A DNA stretch of 62,806 nt. Source: Candidatus Brocadiia bacterium (GTDB lineage: Bacteria; Planctomycetota; Brocadiia; CAIUPP01). The stretch's first letter is position 1, and the number at the start of each line of letters is the position of its first letter. The position numbers and the translations under genes were made by a program. The stretch is from assembly GCA_050015075.1 (NCBI GenBank), contig JBEKCB010000032.1, positions 1 through 62,806 of the forward strand, given 5' to 3'. Positions 17,945-25,590 of this stretch are shown here, in pieces. The notes below the pieces were generated by a model, which did no database searches, was not told the origin of the DNA, and saw nothing but the letters and a program-made list of their open reading frames with translations.

Positions 17945-18160
17945 TGGGCTGTCCGCCAAAGGACAGTCGAGTTGCAAGCAGGAGATTGTACTCTCGAATT
18001 GTCCGGTGTCAATCAGCTTCTCGGCTGTTCTGGAAAACGACACGCCGATGCGCGGCCCGCAAGCGTCTGACTGCGGTGAGAATCCCGAGTGGTCTTGGTT
18101 TTCCCAGTGACCGATATGACCAAGTTCTCATTCCTGTCGAACCCGGTCGCCGTGATGATC
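17931..18160 (-). repeat. Repeat module copy D
   Basis: -35 TTGACA 18012-18007, N16, -10 TACAAT 17990-17985, N16, hairpin 17968-17947, then CAATGGGAAATTCCGG. Confidence 0.8.
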
Positions 18161-18403
18161 CGGCGCAGCAGGTCATGACGATGCGCATCGAATCACTGGG
18201 AAAACGAGGTCTGGCCCAATACCCCGAATCTGTCCAAGCTCGGCAACACGTGTTGACGCCGTTAAACACTCGCACGACGTTATGCCATCGTCGTCAACGA
18301 AAACCTCGAAACGGATATTCAGACGCTGGAACTAAACGCCTTCGTGGTAACAGGTTACGGACCGGCGGGACCGGATACGATTTGTGCGCGTTTTAGTTAC
18401 AAG

Positions 18404-18418
18404 TGGAATGATATTTGC
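18404..18418 (+). promoter_or_regulatory. Putative sigma54 (-24/-12) promoter of the PEP-CTERM gene
   Basis: TGGAATGATATTTGC = GG-N10-GC; GTAAC-AG-GTTAC palindrome about 50 nt upstream. Confidence 0.5.
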
Positions 18419-18485
18419 CGTGCCGTTCAACGGAGGCTCTTTATGCAGGCGCATTGGGGCGGTTTCTTTTCAGGAGGGGGGGGGC

Positions 18486-19508
18486 ATGAGTGAAATGCGG
18501 GGAATTCGCAGGTACGGGGTATGGCTGCTGGCCGTCGCGGCGCTGATTGGAGTTGTCCAGACTCGAACGGCGCTGGGTGTTCCGACGCTCTCGTCGCCTT
18601 ACAGCGCGGATTACACTCTGCTTGACCTGGGAGCAGTGCCGGGACTTTCGACGCCTTACGGGGGACTGACTCTCCTGTCCGGCGATCTCAACACGCTGTT
18701 GATTGGCGGCAGCGCCAATACAACGAGCGGCACGATTGATTCGATCAGTGTTGTGCGCGGCGCGGGAAACCATATCACCGGGTTCTCGGGCACCGCGACG
18801 CAGTATTCGACGGCGCCGGGCATCACCTCGGGCGGGATTGACGGCGGATTGGACTATGCGCCGAACGGCGACCTGTTCTACACGAGCTATTCTGACAACA
18901 GCATCGGCGAAATCAAGCCTGGCAGCACGTCGCCGGACAAGCAAGTGGCTCTGACTCCGCTCGGGATTGCGAGTTCGGTCGGCAGCTTGCTATTCGTGCC
19001 GGCCGGCCAACCGGGCGCGGGTGACCTGAAAGTGGTCTCTTACAACGGGAACGTCTGGTACAATGTTCCCTTCACTTCGGATGGGTCGGGAACGTACAAT
19101 CTCAGCGCGCCCACGACGACGGTTTCCATCACCGGCGGCCCTGAGGGCGTCCTTTACGTGCCATCAGGTTCGACCGACTTTTCAACGTCAAGCATTCTGC
19201 TGTCCGAGTACGGCGCGGGTGCTGTGCAGGCGTGGCAGGTAGATGCGAACGGCGACCCGATCGTCGGCACCAACGTGGACTTCATCACGGGACTGTCGGG
19301 CGCGGAAGGGGCCTTCCTCGATCCGGAAACGGGCGACTTCTTATTCTCGACGTTCGGCGGTGGCAACCAGGTGTACGAAGTGCAAGGATTCGTTGCTCCG
19401 GCGCCGCCTCCTTCGGGAGGAGTCCCGGAGCCGGCGACTGTGACGTTGCTCGGCATCGGCCTGGCCGGTCTGATCGGGCGACGGATGCGGAGGCGTAACG
19501 GCAATTAG
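18486..19508 (+). CDS. PEP-CTERM sorting domain surface protein
   Basis: Signal peptide, Gly/Ser/Thr-rich body, C-terminal VPEPATVTLLGIGLAGLIGRRMRRR; AGGAGG RBS. Confidence 0.9.
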   Translation: MSEMRGIRRYGVWLLAVAALIGVVQTRTALGVPTLSSPYSADYTLLDLGAVPGLSTPYGGLTLLSGDLNTLLIGGSANTTSGTIDSISVVRGAGNHITGFSGTATQYSTAPGITSGGIDGGLDYAPNGDLFYTSYSDNSIGEIKPGSTSPDKQVALTPLGIASSVGSLLFVPAGQPGAGDLKVVSYNGNVWYNVPFTSDGSGTYNLSAPTTTVSITGGPEGVLYVPSGSTDFSTSSILLSEYGAGAVQAWQVDANGDPIVGTNVDFITGLSGAEGAFLDPETGDFLFSTFGGGNQVYEVQGFVAPAPPPSGGVPEPATVTLLGIGLAGLIGRRMRRRNGN

Positions 19509-19756
19509 CCGGAGTCGGGATTCAATTGATTCGCGTTCGCGCCGCGCGGTGTCTTCCTGAGAGACAGCGCGCGGCGCGTCTGTTTTAATAATACAGTTTT
19601 GCAGGAAATCTCGCTCCGTTGCAGGTCCGGCGCCCTCGCCCGACGGCCTTTTCAACAGCCCCGGAGTTCTGGGGATACCATACCCAACTCATTCTTCTAA
19701 TCGCGTATCTCCTCGGAGTTCCCTGAGTCTCGTGTACTTTATAGCGAACCGTTGAC

Positions 19757-20947
19757 TCATTCGGCCTTGACGGCCGCGGCCACTTTGCGGCCGAGGGTTT
19801 CGCAGTTCAGGAGATCGGCGGCGGTCGGCTGCCATTTGGCGCTGACGCCTTCGGCGGCGAGCGGGATGTTGCACGCCGCCAGGTGCGCCTCGATCTGCTT
19901 GACCGATTCGCCGCTCCAGCCGTATGAGCCGAACGCCGCGCCGATCTTGTTCTGGAACTTGAGGCCCTTGAGGTCCTCCAGGATCGGCGTGATCGCCGGC
20001 AGCAGGCCGTTGTTCAGCGTCGGCGATCCGATGATGACCGCCTTGGCCTTGAAGACTTCCGTCAGCACGTCGTTGCGGTCCGAGACGGCCATGTGGAAGA
20101 GCTTGAACGGCACGCCTTCGGCGGCGAGTCCTACGCCGATCGCTTCGGCCATCCGGCGCGTCGCCTCCCACATCGTGTCGTAGAGCACCACCGCCGACGG
20201 CTCCGGTTTCTGCGCGGCCCATTCCTGGTACTTGCGGACGATCTGCACCGGGTCCTTCCGCCAGATGACGCCGTGGCTCGGTGCGATCATATCGATCCGC
20301 AGGTCCAGCTCGAGGACTTCCTCGATCTTCTTCGTCACGAGCTTGCTGAACGGCGTGAGAATGTTGGCGTAGTACTTGATCGCCTCCTGGTGGAGTTCCG
20401 CATCGTTGACCTGGTCGTTGAACCGGAACGCCGTCGCGTAATGCTGGCCGAAGGCGTCGTTCGGCATGAGGATGTTCCGCCCGGTGAGATAGGTGAACAT
20501 ACTGTCGGGCCAGTGGAGCATCGCCGCCTCGATGAAGACGAGTTCGTCGTGGCCCAGGCGGATGCTTTCGCCGGTCTGGACCGGCTTGAGCTTCCAGCGC
20601 TGGTGATAATGTCCCGGCAGGCTTTCGGCGCCGCGCTTCGAGACGACCACGGTGGCCTGCGGGCAGAGCCGCATCAAGGCCGGCAGGCTGCCGGAATGGT
20701 CCGGCTCGGAATGGTTGGCCACGATGAAATCGATCCTGGCCGGATCAATGACCGCGCGGAGGTTCTCGATGAATTCATCCTGGAACGGTCCCCAGACCGT
20801 GTCCACGAGCGCGACCTTGTCGTCCACGATCAGGTACGCATTGTACGTCGTGCCGCGATGCGTGCTCAGCTCGTAGCCGTGGAAATGGCGGATGCCCCAG
20901 TCCACGACGCCGACCCAGTGGACGCCTTTCTTCAGTTCCGTGCTCAT
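19757..20947 (-). CDS. fprA: Flavodiiron protein (FprA, metallo-beta-lactamase plus flavodoxin)
   Basis: GTTYNAYLI, NHSEPDHSG, LHWPDSM, DAFGQH, APSHG and AFGSYGWSGE motifs. Confidence 0.93.
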   Translation of the reverse strand: MSTELKKGVHWVGVVDWGIRHFHGYELSTHRGTTYNAYLIVDDKVALVDTVWGPFQDEFIENLRAVIDPARIDFIVANHSEPDHSGSLPALMRLCPQATVVVSKRGAESLPGHYHQRWKLKPVQTGESIRLGHDELVFIEAAMLHWPDSMFTYLTGRNILMPNDAFGQHYATAFRFNDQVNDAELHQEAIKYYANILTPFSKLVTKKIEEVLELDLRIDMIAPSHGVIWRKDPVQIVRKYQEWAAQKPEPSAVVLYDTMWEATRRMAEAIGVGLAAEGVPFKLFHMAVSDRNDVLTEVFKAKAVIIGSPTLNNGLLPAITPILEDLKGLKFQNKIGAAFGSYGWSGESVKQIEAHLAACNIPLAAEGVSAKWQPTAADLLNCETLGRKVAAAVKAE

Positions 20948-21085
20948 CGGGTTCCCCCACAAGAAGTTTCAATCTCCCCAACACACAACATACATGGATT
21001 TGCGCGCGACTTCAAGCGGACGGCGCGGGCTTGTTTGCGCACCGTTCCCGTGCTACGATCTTTTTCAGGGCCGGGCAGCGCCGCG

Positions 21086-21140
21086 AGGGCGGCCCTTCGG
21101 CGTTGCTCAGGGCGGCCCTTCGGCGTTGCTCAGGGCAGGC
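21086..21140 (+). repeat. 23-bp tandem duplication of a REP-like hairpin upstream of pdhA
   Basis: AGGGCGGCCCTTCGGCGTTGCTC twice, then AGGGCAGGC; each unit forms GCCCT...AGGGC. Confidence 0.75.
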
Positions 21141-21159
21141 AGGATCATCGGGATATCGC

Positions 21160-22122
21160 ATGAACAAGCGCGAATTGATGGACGCCTACTACCGGATGCA
21201 GCTCGCGCGCAGCTTCGAGACGCGCGTCGCCGAGCAATACACGAAGGGCCGCATCGGCGGGTTCTGCCATCTGTACTCGGGCGAGGAGGCGGTGGCCGTC
21301 GGCGCGCTGGTGCACCTGCGGAACGAAGATTACGTGATCGGCTCCTACCGCGACCACGCTTACTTCCTCATCCGGGGCGGCGATCCGAAGAGGGCGATGG
21401 CGGAACTCTTCGGCCACGCCGACGGCTGCTGCAAGGGCAAGGGCGGCTCGATGCACCTCTTCGACCGGGACATCAATTTCTTCGGCGGCTACGCCATCGT
21501 CGCAGGGATGTGTCCGATCGCCGTCGGCCTCGCGCTCTCCGTCAGGAACAAGCAGGAGAACCGCGTGGTGCTGTGCTTTTTCGGCGACGGCGCGACCAAC
21601 CAGGGCGTTTATCATGAGGCGCTCAACATGTCCTCGCTCTACCAGTTGCCCATCGTCTGGGTCTGCGAGAACAACGTCTACGCCATCGGCACGAGCGTCA
21701 GCCGGGCCAGCGCCGAGAAGTCGCTCGCGCAGAAGGCTCGCGCCTACAATATGCCGACCGCCGTAGTCAACGGGATGGATTTCTTCAAGATGCATTCCGT
21801 GGCCGAGCGCGCTATCGCCCACGCGCGAGCCGGCCGCGGGCCTAGTTTCATCGAGGCGAAATGCTACCGCTACCGCGGACATTCCATGTCCGACCCGGCC
21901 ACCTACCGGTCGCCCGAAGAGGTGGCGCTCTGGAAGAAGCGCGACCCGATCCCCAGGCTCAAGGAGGCCATCCGGCACGACTTCGAGGCGACCGAGGAGG
22001 AGTTCAAGGAGGTGGATGACAAGGTCCGCAAGCTGCTCGACGAGGCGGTCGCGTTCGCCGAGGCCGGCTCGGAGCTGCCGGTGGAGAAGTTGTACGACGA
22101 TCTGTACGTGGAGATGACGTAG
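21160..22122 (+). CDS. pdhA: Pyruvate dehydrogenase E1 alpha
   Basis: GFCHL..GEEA, GKGGSMH, GDGA.NQG ThDP motif and YRYRGHSMSDP. Confidence 0.93.
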   Translation: MNKRELMDAYYRMQLARSFETRVAEQYTKGRIGGFCHLYSGEEAVAVGALVHLRNEDYVIGSYRDHAYFLIRGGDPKRAMAELFGHADGCCKGKGGSMHLFDRDINFFGGYAIVAGMCPIAVGLALSVRNKQENRVVLCFFGDGATNQGVYHEALNMSSLYQLPIVWVCENNVYAIGTSVSRASAEKSLAQKARAYNMPTAVVNGMDFFKMHSVAERAIAHARAGRGPSFIEAKCYRYRGHSMSDPATYRSPEEVALWKKRDPIPRLKEAIRHDFEATEEEFKEVDDKVRKLLDEAVAFAEAGSELPVEKLYDDLYVEMT

Positions 22123-22152
22123 CGGAGAAAAAGGACGGCTTTGGGAGCGGGC

Positions 22153-23130
22153 ATGGCGATCATCAGTTACCGCGACGCGATCAACCAGGCGCTCTTCGAG
22201 GAGATGAAGCGCGATCCGTCCGTCATCGTCTTCGGCGAGGACGTGGCGCTTTACGAGGGATCGTTCAAGGTCACCCGCGGGCTGCTGAAGGAGTTCGGCG
22301 CGAAGCGCGTTTTCGACACGCCGATCTCGGAAGCGGCCATCGTCGGCATGGCGATCGGGCTGGCGATGGACGGAATGCGCCCGGTGCCCGAGCTGATGAC
22401 CGTCAATTTCGCCTACCTGGCGATGGACCAGATCCTGAATCACATGGCGCTCATGCGCTACATGTTCGGCGGACAGGTCAAGCTGCCGATCACCATCCGC
22501 ATGCCGGGCGGCGGCGGGCACCAACTCGGCAGCCAGCACTCGCACAGCCTGGAGGTCCACTTCGTCCATACGCCGGGCCTGAAAGTCGTCTATCCCGCCA
22601 CGCCCGCCGACGCGAAGGCGCTGCTCAAGGCCGCCGTCCGCGACGATAACCCGGTGATCTTCCTCGAACACGAGGGACTGTACAATCTCCAGGGCGAAGT
22701 GCCCGACGGCCTCGACGCGGCGGTGATCGGCCAGGCGGCCGTGCTGCGAGAAGGGCGGGACGTCACGCTCATCGGCTATGGCGCGATGACGCACGTCGCG
22801 CTCCAGGCGGCCGAGCAGCTCGCGCAGGAGAAGATCGAGGCGGAGGTGATTGACCTGCGGACGCTTCGGCCGTGGGACGTCAAGACGGTGACCGAGTCCG
22901 TCGCGCGGACTCACCGCGCGGTGGTGGTCGAGGAGCCGCCGCCGCATTGCGGCATCGGCGCGGAGGTGGCCGCGAACATCTGCGAGCAGGTCTTCGACGA
23001 ACTCGACGCGCCGGTGGGGCGAGTTTCAGGCGCCGACGTGCCGCTGCCGTACGCGCGCGAACTGGAGCAGGCGTGCATCCCGCACGCGGAAGACGTCATC
23101 CGCGCCGTTAAAAAGATGTTCTCTGTTTGA
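22153..23130 (+). CDS. pdhB: Pyruvate dehydrogenase E1 beta
   Basis: GEDV, DTPISE, QHSHS and EVIDLRTL motifs. Confidence 0.93.
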   Translation: MAIISYRDAINQALFEEMKRDPSVIVFGEDVALYEGSFKVTRGLLKEFGAKRVFDTPISEAAIVGMAIGLAMDGMRPVPELMTVNFAYLAMDQILNHMALMRYMFGGQVKLPITIRMPGGGGHQLGSQHSHSLEVHFVHTPGLKVVYPATPADAKALLKAAVRDDNPVIFLEHEGLYNLQGEVPDGLDAAVIGQAAVLREGRDVTLIGYGAMTHVALQAAEQLAQEKIEAEVIDLRTLRPWDVKTVTESVARTHRAVVVEEPPPHCGIGAEVAANICEQVFDELDAPVGRVSGADVPLPYARELEQACIPHAEDVIRAVKKMFSV

Positions 23131-23182
23131 ACCACTAAGTCACCAAGGCACGAAGATCTGAGAAGAGTTGAGAGAGCCGCCC

Positions 23183-24583
23183 ATGTACGAAATCACGATG
23201 CCGAAGCTTTCCGACAGCATGCAGGAGGGCAAGATCATCGCGTGGAAGGTCAAGCCCGGCGCCCGCGTCCGCGAGGGCGACGTGCTGGCCGAGGTCGAGT
23301 CGGACAAAGCGACGATGGAACTGGAGTGCTTCCACAGCGGTGTTCTGTCGAAGATCGTCCACGGCGACGGGAGCGAAGTGCCCGTCGGCGAGGTCATCGG
23401 CTATATTGACGCGGAAGCGAAGGGCGCCGAGCCGGAAAAACAGCGGGCAACCGCTGAACCGCCCGAGCAGAAGGCCGCACCGAAGGAGAAAGCCCCGCAG
23501 GCTCCGAAAGCGCCCGCGCCGCAACCTGCTCCGGTGACGGCAACCGCCGAACTGCCCCCGCAAAAGCCCGCACCGAAGGAAAAAGTCCCGGCAGCTCCGA
23601 AAGCGCCCGCGCCGCAGCCTGCTCCGGCGACGCCAGGCGCCGAGCCGCGAGCCGCCGCTTCGCCTCGCGCGCGCAAGCTGGCGCAGGAAAAAGGAATTGA
23701 CCTGGGCCAGGTCAAAGGCACCGGCCCCGGCGGACGGATCATCGCGCAGGATATCGAGGCGCTCTCGCCGGGTCGCGCGTCGCCGGCGGAGAAACCCTCC
23801 GCTGCGCCGGTGCGTCAGGCGGCTGAACCACCGCCGGCGGAAACCCGTCCTGCGATCAAGCCGTCGCCCGACGAGGAACTGCCGGCCATTGACGTGACCG
23901 AGGATGAGGCCGAAGTCGTCGAGGCCGCGTACCGGCTGAAGACGCAGGCGCGCCGCGTGACCGCCGCCAAGCACGTCATCCCGCACTTCTACATCACGCG
24001 CAGCATAGACGTCACGCGCCTCTTCGCCCGGAAAGAGGAACTCAAGCAGAAATACGGCGCGACGATCACGCATCTCGTCATGCTCGCCGCCCTGAAGGCG
24101 CTGAAATTGCATCCCGAGGCCAACCGGAGCTATGACCGCGGCAGGATCATCAAGTGGAAGGGGATCAATCTGGGCCTGGCCGTGGACACCGACGAAGGGC
24201 TCACCGTCGCGGTTATTCGGAACGCGCAGGCGCTTTCGCTCGAGCAAATCGTCGAGCGCACCCGCGCGCTGGTCGAGAAGGCGCGGTCGGGAAAGCTGTC
24301 GCCGGAGGAGCGCCGCCATCCGACCTTCACCGTCAGCAGCCTGGGCATGTTCGACGTGGAGCAATTCGAGCCGATCATCAACCCGCCGTCCGCCATCACG
24401 CTGGCCGTAGCCTCCGCGCTCGCCGCGCCGGTCGTGAAGGGGGACAAGATCGAGGTCGGCCGCGTGATGAAACTGACGCTCTCCTGCGACCACCGAATCA
24501 TTGACGGCGTCACCGCCGCGAAGTTTCTCGGCGAGTTGAAACGGCTGCTGGAGAACGACGAGGAACTGCTGGCGGAAAACTAG
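23183..24583 (+). CDS. pdhC: Dihydrolipoamide acetyltransferase E2
   Basis: Lipoyl domain (EVESDKA), Pro/Ala/Lys linker, ASPRARKLA binding domain and catalytic DHRIIDG. Confidence 0.92.
   Translation: MYEITMPKLSDSMQEGKIIAWKVKPGARVREGDVLAEVESDKATMELECFHSGVLSKIVHGDGSEVPVGEVIGYIDAEAKGAEPEKQRATAEPPEQKAAPKEKAPQAPKAPAPQPAPVTATAELPPQKPAPKEKVPAAPKAPAPQPAPATPGAEPRAAASPRARKLAQEKGIDLGQVKGTGPGGRIIAQDIEALSPGRASPAEKPSAAPVRQAAEPPPAETRPAIKPSPDEELPAIDVTEDEAEVVEAAYRLKTQARRVTAAKHVIPHFYITRSIDVTRLFARKEELKQKYGATITHLVMLAALKALKLHPEANRSYDRGRIIKWKGINLGLAVDTDEGLTVAVIRNAQALSLEQIVERTRALVEKARSGKLSPEERRHPTFTVSSLGMFDVEQFEPIINPPSAITLAVASALAAPVVKGDKIEVGRVMKLTLSCDHRIIDGVTAAKFLGELKRLLENDEELLAEN
23447..23632 (+). repeat. 93-bp imperfect tandem duplication in the E2 linker
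   Basis: ATAEPPEQKAAPKEKAPQAPKAPAPQPAPVT / ATAELPPQKPAPKEKVPAAPKAPAPQPAPAT. Confidence 0.85.
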
Positions 24584-24602
24584 ATGCTAAGCAACCCTGT
24601 TT

Positions 24603-24672
24603 GTTATTCCCGCGAATGCGGGAAGCCAGTGCCGAAGAGAAATACTTGGATTCCCGCCTGCGAGGGAATGAC
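24603..24672. repeat. dRS3-like palindrome pair
   Basis: GTTATTCCCGCGAATGCGGGAAGCCAG ... TGGATTCCCGCCTGCGAGGGAATGAC between convergent genes. Confidence 0.8.
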
Positions 24673-24747
24673 GTGCCTCAGACTTGCGCCGGTTTCACAA
24701 CCCCTCACAGGTGCGTTAATCAGGCGACTTAGGCAACCCGCGCCGTC

Positions 24748-25215
24748 TCACGCCTTGATCGGGAACTGGATCTCGGTGACGAATTCCTTCGGGTCGCCTT
24801 TGCCCTTGGGGTCGGGGCGCTTGAGGTAGACTTCGCGCGGCGGGCCGACTACGTCCCAGCCTTCGGCATCCAGCCAGGCGAGCATCTCGGTGTAATGCGC
24901 GGGGATCTGTTTGTACGGGCCTTTGACCTGCGCGGCGGCCACGGTCATGGCGGGGATTTTCTTCACGCGGACTTTCGCATCGCCCTTGGTCGCCGCGGCG
25001 ACCGGCATGCAGACCTCGAACAGCGCCGAGGACGGATCGAATTCGCTCGGCGGGCTGAGGAAGACGGTGAAGCCGGGGCCGGCGAGCTTGACCTTGTTCC
25101 GCGCCGCCCATTCGCCGAGATCGTGGTAAACCTTGCCGATCTCGTCGTGCGCGCCGGCGTGGTCCATCCAGATGGCCGTCTGCTCCTTGAGCTGCTTCTT
25201 CTCCGGTGCCTGCAT
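24748..25215 (-). CDS. GyrI-like small-molecule-binding protein
   Basis: KGPY..I...Y..M..W...G...GPPREVY...P....TEIQFPI signature; purine-rich RBS before ATG 25215. Confidence 0.82.
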   Translation of the reverse strand: MQAPEKKQLKEQTAIWMDHAGAHDEIGKVYHDLGEWAARNKVKLAGPGFTVFLSPPSEFDPSSALFEVCMPVAAATKGDAKVRVKKIPAMTVAAAQVKGPYKQIPAHYTEMLAWLDAEGWDVVGPPREVYLKRPDPKGKGDPKEFVTEIQFPIKA

Positions 25216-25242
25216 CTCTTTCTCCATAAGAAACGAAACACT

Positions 25243-25341
25243 GATTCTCACCACGGCGACACGACGAGCACGACGAACGGCCGGGAGTGTCAATCCATTT
25301 CAACTCCGCTCGTCGTGACCGTCGTGTCGTCGTGGTGAATC
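25243..25341. repeat. Long imperfect palindrome built from CACGACG units
   Basis: CACCACGGCGACACGACGAGCACGACGA ... TCGTCGTGACCGTCGTGTCGTCGTGGTG. Confidence 0.75.
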
Positions 25342-25360
25342 CTTGTATATTCAGTCCTCA

Positions 25361-25522
25361 TCAGCCCAAAACCGAGAACTGGCTCTTCGGCACGCCGCAT
25401 TCGGGGCAGGTCCAATCGTCGGGAAGCTTCTCGAACGCGGTGCCCGGCGGGATATCGTTTTCCGGGTCGCCCTTCGCCGGATCGTAGATGTAACCGCACA
25501 CGTCGCAGATGTACTTTTTCAT
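25361..25522 (-). CDS. Rubredoxin
   Basis: [18 protein letters not shown]....[16 protein letters not shown], 53 aa, GGAG RBS. Confidence 0.95.
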   Translation of the reverse strand: MKKYICDVCGYIYDPAKGDPENDIPPGTAFEKLPDDWTCPECGVPKSQFSVLG

Positions 25523-25590
25523 CGTCTCCTCTCCGGCCAAGAGTTTCCGGCCCGCCGGGCCGACCCCTTGAGCATACAAAGAACCGCCGG

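Noticed and set aside
14160-18160. Classical integron (attC) cassette array
   Set aside because: Modules lack the RYYYAAC...GTTRRRY palindromic attC form, sit upstream of genes with their own promoter, and no intI is present.
15084-18275. Module copies as remnants of one protein-coding gene (e.g. PNRS.DKPLRL.VP..R...ARGRI..QN, or ISCL..DCP...MGNP*)
   Set aside because: Some period-3 bias is visible, but the favoured frame differs between pairs and segments, and copies contain stops and frameshifts. Unresolved; a promoter or IS-end reading fits the fixed spacing better.
19645-19662. IS terminal repeat (TTTTCAACAGCCCC)
   Set aside because: No partner end, target duplication or transposase nearby; too short to call.
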